Source of the DNA: Candidatus Babeliales bacterium
GTDB lineage: Bacteria; Babelota; Babeliae; Babelales; RVW-14
Assembly: GCA_041671765.1 (NCBI GenBank)
Contig: JBAZAX010000005.1
Coordinates: 2,260-66,259 of the forward strand
DNA length: 64,000 nt
Direction of reading: 5' to 3'
The first letter of the stretch is position 1. Each line of letters begins with the position of its first letter. The notes under the pieces are model-generated. The model was not told where the DNA came from and ran no database searches. It saw only the letters and a list, made by a program, of their open reading frames with translations. The translations under genes and the position numbers were made by a program. This document shows positions 29,807-37,597 of this stretch, one piece after another.

Positions 29807-29853
29807 TTACTACTCCCACTTTCGCTTACATGCACATAAATTTATCAAATATT

Positions 29854-29885
29854 GTAACTATTCAGTTACCAAATAAAATGTAACT
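29854..29885. promoter_or_regulatory. GTAACT / AGTTAC / GTAACT box cluster upstream of the minus-strand methyltransferase operon
   Basis: ttGTAACTattcAGTTACcaaataaaatGTAACTg. Lies 48-80 nt from ATG 29806. Confidence 0.35.
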
Positions 29886-29944
29886 GAAAAAAAATAAAAA
29901 ATCGAAAAAATAAAAAATCAAAACTGTGCTGGAATTTTAATTTT

Positions 29945-30031
29945 TACACGGTTTTTATCATAACAACGTCTTTTTACACGAAAACTTAAATGCTCACACG
30001 ATTTTTATTATAATGACACTATTTCACACGA
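29945..30031. promoter_or_regulatory. four TCACACG/TTACACG boxes (CGTGTRA on the minus strand) spaced 30/20/30 nt
   Basis: YACACG ends at 29950, 29980, 30000 and 30030. It reads as an imperfect 50-bp unit repeated twice. Confidence 0.4.
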
Positions 30032-30106
30032 AAATTATATTTTGGTGGCAAAATACTCAAATTTTTAATGTTTTTTGGGTAGCAATCATCTACTTAAAGA
30101 ATATTA

Positions 30107-30754
30107 TTAACGGCGAATTCTATCCGCACAAAGCGTTCGTACAAATTCAAGATTGAAAAATCTAACCAAAACTTGGTATAAAACTACCATGCCGCAAGCC
30201 ATAACCAACCGTTCAACAGCAACAACAGGGATTAATGCAAGCCATTGTGCACTTGTCATTGGCACAGAATATAACCAAATTATGCTACCAACAGCATGAG
30301 CCAAAAATGTCGCCGTCAAAGCCTTACAAAATGTATTTTTGTAGTTCAAAACGTAAAGAACAACAGGAATAAGCCAGTAAAAAGAGTAGGCAAATGCATT
30401 GCTTGCAACCGGATGAGCAATAAACAAAATCATGCATGATAGCGGCAAAACTACATGCAATAAAAAATCTAATTTTTTAGATTTGGCAGCAAAACTGGAA
30501 GCTGCAGTAAGCGTTGGCAAGCCCATTGTTAAAACACCAAAACCAACGGAGAACTTAAAAATAAATAGAGCAGAAATTAACAATAACGATACCGGCAAAC
30601 TGAAAAAAGCTCCGATCACGGGCAAGATAAAATTAATTCCCGAGAAAAAGAATTTATGTGAGCCAAGAAGAAAACTTAATTTAAATAGTGATAAAATACT
30701 TATGCAAAATCCAAACATGCTTAAGAATAAACATTTTTTAATAAAATCGCTCAT
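30107..30754 (-). CDS. polytopic membrane protein, function unknown
   Basis: 215 aa, about 6 hydrophobic helices. No motif recognised. Confidence 0.55.
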   Translation of the reverse strand: MSDFIKKCLFLSMFGFCISILSLFKLSFLLGSHKFFFSGINFILPVIGAFFSLPVSLLLISALFIFKFSVGFGVLTMGLPTLTAASSFAAKSKKLDFLLHVVLPLSCMILFIAHPVASNAFAYSFYWLIPVVLYVLNYKNTFCKALTATFLAHAVGSIIWLYSVPMTSAQWLALIPVVAVERLVMACGMVVLYQVLVRFFNLEFVRTLCADRIRR

Positions 30755-30886
30755 GGCAGCCCCTATCGAAAAAAATAATTAACGAAACCTAACCAAAAAT
30801 ATATTCACAAATTTCATGTATCATACCAAGATTATTAGCAATGATCTATATCATGATTCAAAGCGCCAAGTGAAGTATATTTTGTT

Positions 30887-30972
30887 ATTTTTTGGTTAAA
30901 AAACATATATAAATTCGACTATTTTTGGTTAAAAAACATACCTTAAATTAGTTGTTTTTGGTTGAAAACACA
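30887..30972. repeat. three direct repeats ATTTTTGGTTAAAAAACATA with exact 33-bp phasing
   Basis: Copies at 30887-30907, 30921-40 and 30954-72. The GG dinucleotide sits at 30894, 30927 and 30960. Confidence 0.8.
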
Positions 30973-31063
30973 GGTGAAGCAAATTTTTTTTTGACTTTAT
31001 ATGTAAATTTCGTGCAATTCTAATCAAGTTAAACCATATCTGGGTAATTACTTTAAAGCAACC

Positions 31064-31099
31064 TGTGCTATTTATGTACTTGACTACATAAATAGCACA
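31064..31099. promoter_or_regulatory. perfect 15-bp inverted repeat TGTGCTATTTATGTA-cttgac-TACATAAATAGCACA
   Basis: Read directly. Lies about 20 nt upstream of a candidate -35 for the ATPase gene. Confidence 0.6.
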
Positions 31100-31118
31100 A
31101 ATAGAACAAACTAAAGAC

Positions 31119-31148
31119 TTGCATTTAAACTTACATTTGTGCTAATAT
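31119..31148 (+). promoter_or_regulatory. candidate promoter for the AAA ATPase gene
   Basis: TTGCAT, 18 nt, TAATAT. Confidence 0.3.
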
Positions 31149-31173
31149 GCTACCCGAGCATGCAATCAGCACA
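31138..31173. promoter_or_regulatory. second, imperfect inverted repeat with the same TGTGCT/AGCACA ends
   Basis: TGTGCTAATATGCTacccgAGCATgcaatcAGCACA. Overlaps the candidate -10 TAATAT. Confidence 0.45.
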
Positions 31174-31213
31174 AAATAAAATTTTAAAATACGCTACACA
31201 TAAAGGATCCCAT

Positions 31214-32392
31214 ATGTATATCAATCGGGACATCTCCACTATCTTTGCAGAGTATACAAAATTTCCGGTAGTCGCGATTACAGGCCCTCGACAATCAGGA
31301 AAAACAACGCTCGTAGTAAATACTTTTAAAAAACACACATATCTCTCACTTGAAGATCCGGAATTGCGCTCTTTTGCGCTAAAAGATCCTCAAGGATTTT
31401 TGCAAAATCATGAAAATAAGTACGGAATTATTTTAGACGAATTCCAATATGTCCCAAATATTCTCTCTTATATACAACTCGAGGTAGATAAAAAAAACAG
31501 ACCAGGCTATTTCATTTTAACTGGGTCTCAAAACTTTCTCATGAATGAAAAAATAACGCAATCGCTTGCAGGACGAGTTGGAATACTTACGCTTTTACCA
31601 TTTTCAATACACGAGCTTTCAAAGGCAAAAATACTGCCCGCTCGACTCGATGATGCAATTCTCAAAGGAGGATACCCTCGGCGTTATGAGAAACGAATTA
31701 CTGCGCCGGTCTTCTATCGGTCCTACATCCATACCTATTTACAACGGGATGTTAGGCAACTTACAAATGTTGGCAACTTACAAACATTTCAAAAATTCAT
31801 GTCACTTTGCGCAGGAAGAGTTGGACAACTCCTCAATGTTGCAGAAATAGCAACCAATTGCGGTATAAGCCGGGATACGGCTACACAGTGGCTTTCAATT
31901 TTAGAGGCAAGCTACATCACCTTCTTCCTCAGGCCGCACTTTAATAATTTTAATAAACGTATTACAAAAACACCAAAATTCTATTTTTATGACACTGGAC
32001 TGGCATGTTCTTTGCTTGGAATAAAATCAAGCAAGGATTTAAATTTAAGTCCCTTTAGGGGAGCTCTTTTTGAAAATTTTATTATTTCAGATTTTTTCAA
32101 ACAATTTCATAATAGCGGAGAGGAACCTACACTTTATTTTTGGAGGGATCAAAATGGACGAATAGAAGTAGATTGCCTTATTGACACTGGAACAAAAATC
32201 ATTCCTATTGAGATAAAATCAAGCCAAACTATTTCTACCGATTTTTTTGATGCTATTGGACTATGGAATGAGATTGCAAAAATGTCCCCTAAGGATAATT
32301 ATGCCATATACGGAGGACCACGAAATCAAATACGCAGCTTTGGCTCAATCATTGGGTGGCAAAGCGCGGGAACACTTGTATCAAAAATTTAA
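31214..32392 (+). CDS. AAA-family ATPase with DUF4143-type C-terminal domain
   Basis: Walker A ITGPRQSGKTTL, Walker B IILDEFQ, and a C-terminal ...FENFIISDF... region. ATG 31214 is preferred over the GTG 31139 track start. Confidence 0.8.
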   Translation: MYINRDISTIFAEYTKFPVVAITGPRQSGKTTLVVNTFKKHTYLSLEDPELRSFALKDPQGFLQNHENKYGIILDEFQYVPNILSYIQLEVDKKNRPGYFILTGSQNFLMNEKITQSLAGRVGILTLLPFSIHELSKAKILPARLDDAILKGGYPRRYEKRITAPVFYRSYIHTYLQRDVRQLTNVGNLQTFQKFMSLCAGRVGQLLNVAEIATNCGISRDTATQWLSILEASYITFFLRPHFNNFNKRITKTPKFYFYDTGLACSLLGIKSSKDLNLSPFRGALFENFIISDFFKQFHNSGEEPTLYFWRDQNGRIEVDCLIDTGTKIIPIEIKSSQTISTDFFDAIGLWNEIAKMSPKDNYAIYGGPRNQIRSFGSIIGWQSAGTLVSKI

Positions 32393-32411
32393 AAAAAAGA
32401 TACACCCAAAA

Positions 32412-33527
32412 TCAGCCAAACTTCCCAAAAACCTTTTGCATAGCTGATTCTTTTGGATGAAACTCATCAAAAAAATCACTGTCTTCTAAATTATTTATTG
32501 CAGGATCAAAATCCCCAAGAACTTTTATATTGTTCTTTCGCGCAACCTCTTTAAAGTAATCGCGAACAGTGCAGACTATTTTATTTTTTTCAGATACTTT
32601 CAACAAATCATATGCTTTAGGATGATATGGCGTAAGAAAAAAAGTTATGGATACATTATCGCGCAACAGTAATTTAATAAAAATCTCAAACAACTTAACC
32701 ATATCCACATCAAGTTTTTCAAAATCATTTAGGTGGGAAAAACCTTTTTCTTTTATTCCAGAAAGAACCTGGCGATTGACTTCTTCAACACTTCTAGACC
32801 TCCGAACCAATCCATAATTTATACTACCATCAGCAAGCATCACCTCAGAATCAGCAAAATTTTCTTTAGTTGGATAAAAAACACCAACTCCCCTAAACCC
32901 ACAACCATGCAATAAAACATTTACGCCATACATTAACGAGTTTCGAAATAAATCGATTGAGACCAAGCGTTGCGCAAACTCCAACGCTTCTCCAGTAGTC
33001 TGTTTACAACCACAATCACAATTAGAATCCGAGCCTGAGTCAAATACAGATGAAAAATCTGAGTCAGCTTCTATCAACTTATCTTTAATAACTGCCATCA
33101 AGTCGCACTGAGATTTGCTTTTTAAAAGCCATACATCAAGCCCCAGTATTACATGTGCCGGAATAAGACCTTTTTCACGCCATAAAAAATAAAAACAAAT
33201 AAAGTTTTCGAGGCGACCATCAGTCACACTCATATTAAAAAAAGTTTTACCGGGAAAAAGTTTATTATTAATTCCCAATGAACGGCTTGAACCAAAGATA
33301 AGAATATCTTTCCCCTGCATAGCATTCTTCACATAAAACTCTTTTATACAAGAATCACCACATGTATACGCATTGGCAATGTTGTACCCTTGCCAGAGAT
33401 AAAGCGCCGCATCACGTGCATTGTTTTTTAAAAGATTCGTTTTTTCTACAAAATAATTAACTGCAACGATAAATATGGGGATCGGTAACAAGTACATCAT
33501 TTTTTTTAAAAAAATATTCATGTGCAT
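32412..33527 (-). CDS. membrane-anchored partner of MBOAT (DltD/SGNH-like, tentative)
   Basis: N-terminal TM anchor and a GSSRS motif (ILIFGSSRSLG). Lies immediately downstream of the MBOAT gene. ATG 33527 or 33521 avoids an overlap with the MBOAT stop. Confidence 0.5.
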   Translation of the reverse strand: MHMNIFLKKMMYLLPIPIFIVAVNYFVEKTNLLKNNARDAALYLWQGYNIANAYTCGDSCIKEFYVKNAMQGKDILIFGSSRSLGINNKLFPGKTFFNMSVTDGRLENFICFYFLWREKGLIPAHVILGLDVWLLKSKSQCDLMAVIKDKLIEADSDFSSVFDSGSDSNCDCGCKQTTGEALEFAQRLVSIDLFRNSLMYGVNVLLHGCGFRGVGVFYPTKENFADSEVMLADGSINYGLVRRSRSVEEVNRQVLSGIKEKGFSHLNDFEKLDVDMVKLFEIFIKLLLRDNVSITFFLTPYHPKAYDLLKVSEKNKIVCTVRDYFKEVARKNNIKVLGDFDPAINNLEDSDFFDEFHPKESAMQKVFGKFG

Positions 33528-33532
33528 ATCCC

Positions 33533-34990
33533 CTAAAATTGAAAGTAAATAAATTTTGAAGCACCAAGCATGCCGAATAAAATAATGCTCCAAATAAGTA
33601 GATAATATAAAGTCCAGCGAATGTATGATGGCAAAGCATTAACTCGTGCTATCAGATCATTACGATGTGCCCACAACTGGATGGCTTCAAGCGTTATAAT
33701 TGCAATTATAGCAATCAAGAAATCCACTTTTGATCGTCCACAAAAAATTGAATCCAGTCCACCACCTCGAGAGATACCCCATGGACCGCAAAATATTTTT
33801 TTTATAATGAGAAAAACATCGGAAATACTTTCTGCTCTGAAAAAAATCCACGCAAAGCAGGTAAGCCCAAAAGTTATAACAACCTGCAATGATTTGTGTA
33901 GCGCAGGATACATATCAAGCTTAATATAATAAACAAAAGCATTTCGCCACGTTTTAGTTGCAGCACCAACAATAAGATAAACTCCATTGAGCGCACCCCA
34001 AATTACAAAAGTCCAACTGGCTCCATGCCAAAGACCGCTAAGAAGAAAAGTAATAAAAAGATTTCTGTAAACTTTCATAACAGAAACACGATTTCCGCCA
34101 AGCGGGATGTAAACATAATCGCGAAACCATTGAGAAAGTGAAATGTGCCAACATCGCCAAAATTCTGAAATTGATTTTGAAGCATAAGGTCGATCAAAGT
34201 TGATCATTAATTTGAAACCCATAACCTGTGCTGCACCAAGCGCAATGTCAGAATAACCGGAAAAATCGCAATAAATTTGATATGCGAAAAATATTGTAGC
34301 CACAATAAGTGAAGTACCCGAATGGACAGCTGGCTGCGTATAAATATTATTTACAAATAATGCTAGCCTATCCGCAATGACCAGCTTTTTGAAAAATCCC
34401 CATGCCATCAATTTTAACCCATCAGTCACACGTTGATAATCAAAATTATGTTTTTCATAAAACTGATGTACCAAATTTTGTGGCCGTTCAATGGGACCAG
34501 CTACGAGCTGGGGATAAAACATCACATAAAGAGAGTATATTCCAAAATGCCGCTCCGCCTTTTGCCTGCCAAAATAAACTTCTATTGTATAACTCATGGC
34601 TTGAAACGTGTGAAATGACAACCCGATTGGCAAAATAATATTTAACTCCGGAATTGGGTTGGTAAAACCAAATAGGGACGCCAACCCTGAAACACTGTTA
34701 TTAAAAAAATTAAAATATTTAAAAAATCCCAAAATCGATAAATTTGAAACTAAGCTAAGAAACAAAAAAAGTTTTCTCTTGTTTCCCGATGCATTTTCAA
34801 TAAGAATTCCTGCAATATAATCAATAATTATCGTAAAAAATAAAATCAAAATATAAATTGGGATAAACGACATGTAGAAAATGCAGCTTGCAACCAACAA
34901 CATAAGCCATCGCCACTTATGCGGCAAGATGAAATACAAAGTCGTTACGATTGGGAAAAAAATCAGAAATTCAAGCGAATTAAAAAGCAT
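33533..34990 (-). CDS. membrane-bound O-acyltransferase (MBOAT; AlgI/DltB/PatA-like)
   Basis: 485 aa, polytopic. WRCWHISLSQWFRDYVYIPLGGNR carries the conserved MBOAT His region. Confidence 0.9.
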   Translation of the reverse strand: MLFNSLEFLIFFPIVTTLYFILPHKWRWLMLLVASCIFYMSFIPIYILILFFTIIIDYIAGILIENASGNKRKLFLFLSLVSNLSILGFFKYFNFFNNSVSGLASLFGFTNPIPELNIILPIGLSFHTFQAMSYTIEVYFGRQKAERHFGIYSLYVMFYPQLVAGPIERPQNLVHQFYEKHNFDYQRVTDGLKLMAWGFFKKLVIADRLALFVNNIYTQPAVHSGTSLIVATIFFAYQIYCDFSGYSDIALGAAQVMGFKLMINFDRPYASKSISEFWRCWHISLSQWFRDYVYIPLGGNRVSVMKVYRNLFITFLLSGLWHGASWTFVIWGALNGVYLIVGAATKTWRNAFVYYIKLDMYPALHKSLQVVITFGLTCFAWIFFRAESISDVFLIIKKIFCGPWGISRGGGLDSIFCGRSKVDFLIAIIAIITLEAIQLWAHRNDLIARVNALPSYIRWTLYYLLIWSIILFGMLGASKFIYFQF

Positions 34991-35008
34991 TGTTATTTTA
35001 ATTTTAGC

Positions 35009-36799
35009 CTAAGTTGCACTATTTAAAACGACAAATTTACTACTTTCATAATCCCATGTAAGAAATTTAGCATCATGATGAAAATATTCAGCATCTTTAA
35101 AAATAACTGAAATATCATAAATTTTATTTGACTGAAATGGAACAATTATAGAATTGTCTTCACTATGAATGTAGATGTTATGACGACCATAAGGAAAATC
35201 ATCATAATTGTGCTGGTCATCAAAAACAATGTTGCAAAAAGGCTTATCATAGCTAAACCATAATTTATCTTTATCAGTGGTAATAAATCTAAAAGAATTT
35301 GCACCTGTTCTAATTATCAAATTATCTTTAATGGGCATAAAACTGTGTATCCTAATTCTACTATCACAATAACAATCAATTGCAACCCTACTTATCCCAT
35401 ATAATTCAATAGCTTGAGGCAAACTCATCCAATGATACATTGTAAATGGTAAGCTAAAAATAAAAAACGGCGTGTCTTGCAAAGCTTTCCCTACGGACGT
35501 TTTAAGCTCCAAAATAGGATAAAAAGTGCTTTGCAAATGTTTGAAAGCACGCTGCCGTTGCATATTTAAAAAAAATAAATTATATGCAATCATAAAAGCA
35601 AGCACAACAGCACCACAATATTTAGCTAAATGGTATTTTCTTAACCATGTAAATTTGAAAAGCGCAATAAACATCAAAATAAATGAAATCGAAGCTTCAT
35701 AAAAAGTTCGGTCATTTTGGCCACCATAGCCACAAATGAATATGGGCCAGAAAAGCAGTGCTGTAAAAAAAGCTAAGAGTAAAATTAACTTTTTTTTGGT
35801 ACTGGTAAAAAAAAGTATAAATGGAATAGAAAGAGTAAAAATTTTTATAAATCGATAAAGCCACAAAAATTTATGTTGATCAAAAATGTAATAAACACTG
35901 TACAAAGGATGAAAACAACTCAATAAATAAAGATACAACACATGAATTGTATTCATCGATAAAATATTAACTGAAAAATAATTCCCTAATCCCACACTCG
36001 AAAAAACAATTGAATATGAAATTTGCCTCATGAAAAAATAGACTAAAATCGTTAATCCAAAACCTATCACTATCTTTAACTGATCCAATATTCTTTGAAA
36101 TTTATAATATTGAGACCGCTCATATAAATTCATAATAAATATAGCCATTAATGGAAAAACAATAAAAGTCTCTCTTACGCCCAATGAAAGAAAGAAAAAT
36201 AGGTAAGAGGCTAAAGGCAACATTGTTTTACTATGAATATTCCTTATTTTTTTTATTAAAAAAACAGCTGCCAAAATAGCAAAAAAAGTCGTAAAAATAT
36301 GTTGCTGACAATCCCACTTTCCAATAAAACAAAATGATGGATGAAAAGCATAAAACAATGAAAACAAAATTGCAAAAAAATTACCCGTAAAAGGAATAAT
36401 AAAATAACAAAGTATGGATGTGTTGAGCGAATGGAAAAACATTAAAAACATGAAATGCATGTACGCATTTAAACCAAATAGACTATATTCAAAAAAATAC
36501 AAAACTAAACACATAGGTCTATAATAAACAGAAAAAAATGTTTGCCGCCATATCTCAAATGGGTGAAGCAATGACCTGTATGTATCAAGCGATCCGTGAA
36601 TAAAAAAATCTAAAAAATCTTTAATTGATTTTACTTTATAACACCTAAAAAGTTGAACATAATCTTCCCCATCAAAATACCACTGCGGATTCATTAATAC
36701 AAAAACTAAAAAAACAACCCCCAATATAAATAATGAAATAATTTTTCTTGAATTTTTTTTTATAAATTCTTTATACAAAACAGGCATGAGATCTTCCAT
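35009..36799 (-). CDS. polytopic membrane protein, GT-C (PMT/ArnT-like) suspected; paralog of 19073-20845
   Basis: YYRPMCLVLYFFEYSLFGLNAYMHFMFLMFFHSLNT aligns with the same block in 19073-20845. Its ATG shares one base with the upstream gene's TAA (TAATG). An A9 tract lies at about codons 12-14. Confidence 0.65.
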   Translation of the reverse strand: MEDLMPVLYKEFIKKNSRKIISLFILGVVFLVFVLMNPQWYFDGEDYVQLFRCYKVKSIKDFLDFFIHGSLDTYRSLLHPFEIWRQTFFSVYYRPMCLVLYFFEYSLFGLNAYMHFMFLMFFHSLNTSILCYFIIPFTGNFFAILFSLFYAFHPSFCFIGKWDCQQHIFTTFFAILAAVFLIKKIRNIHSKTMLPLASYLFFFLSLGVRETFIVFPLMAIFIMNLYERSQYYKFQRILDQLKIVIGFGLTILVYFFMRQISYSIVFSSVGLGNYFSVNILSMNTIHVLYLYLLSCFHPLYSVYYIFDQHKFLWLYRFIKIFTLSIPFILFFTSTKKKLILLLAFFTALLFWPIFICGYGGQNDRTFYEASISFILMFIALFKFTWLRKYHLAKYCGAVVLAFMIAYNLFFLNMQRQRAFKHLQSTFYPILELKTSVGKALQDTPFFIFSLPFTMYHWMSLPQAIELYGISRVAIDCYCDSRIRIHSFMPIKDNLIIRTGANSFRFITTDKDKLWFSYDKPFCNIVFDDQHNYDDFPYGRHNIYIHSEDNSIIVPFQSNKIYDISVIFKDAEYFHHDAKFLTWDYESSKFVVLNSAT

Positions 36800-37560
36800 T
36801 AGGATTTATTAATAGTTTTTTGCTTATATACACGACCCGCAAATGATCCAAAACAATCAAGTCGATCAAATTTAAATTCTTTTCGGTTGGCGTAAAAAAA
36901 ATTTTTAATATCCAAGTAGCTACAGCACCACGTTGCATCAGCATCAGCACTAACACTTACTTCTGGGGGAAGCGGAACAACTTTGAGCATATAAGGTTTC
37001 TTAATAATTCGTTTTGATATACAAAAAAACGTTATTTTTAAGAACATGTAGATGCTTCTACAAACACCCCCCTCTGTAAACGGGGTTAGGTGAAGCTTTT
37101 TCCCCTTAATCTTGTCAATAATAATGTTTTTGTACATACGTGGACGATGGTAATCAGGGGCATATAAATAAAAATAACCATCGTCTTTAAGAAATTTTAA
37201 TTTGTAATCAATAAATTCGCCAATATCATCAACATGCTCGGCCACCGTATAAGAAATAACAACATCATATTTTTCAACATGAGATTCAAATTCTTTTTGT
37301 GTAAACAATGCTCCCTCAAGTCCAAGTCGCTCTTTACCCACATTCACTAATGTCTCATTAATTTCAACACCATAGGCATTTTTAAATCCAAATTGGCGCA
37401 ACACTTTAACTAGACTCCCAACTCCAGCACCAACATCCAAGATAATTGCATCTTTTGGTATATTATTTTGTTTTAAAAATAATAATGCCCACATAAAATA
37501 TACCTCGTCATGTCTAAATAATTCATTAATATATGCAGGATTATCATACCAAAGCTTCAT
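36799..37560 (-). CDS. class I SAM-dependent methyltransferase
   Basis: ILDVGAGVGSLVKVL, YDVVISYTVAEHV. ATG 37560 (MKLWYDN) is preferred; the longer track ORF would overlap the fcl 3-prime end. Confidence 0.75.
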   Translation of the reverse strand: MKLWYDNPAYINELFRHDEVYFMWALLFLKQNNIPKDAIILDVGAGVGSLVKVLRQFGFKNAYGVEINETLVNVGKERLGLEGALFTQKEFESHVEKYDVVISYTVAEHVDDIGEFIDYKLKFLKDDGYFYLYAPDYHRPRMYKNIIIDKIKGKKLHLTPFTEGGVCRSIYMFLKITFFCISKRIIKKPYMLKVVPLPPEVSVSADADATWCCSYLDIKNFFYANRKEFKFDRLDCFGSFAGRVYKQKTINKS

Positions 37561-37597
37561 ACTATTTCCTTTGCGTAACTCAAAGCTTATTATTACG

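Noticed and set aside
29886-29919. Tandem GAAAAAA(AA)TAAAAAATC x2
   Set aside because: This is a low-complexity A-rich duplication in an AT-rich spacer, most likely replication slippage without specific meaning.
30887-30972. The three phased direct repeats as a possible mini-CRISPR array
   Set aside because: There are only three copies of about 20 bp. The spacers are 13-14 nt, far shorter than CRISPR spacers. The repeats are AT-rich without the typical terminal motifs, and no cas genes are present in the window.
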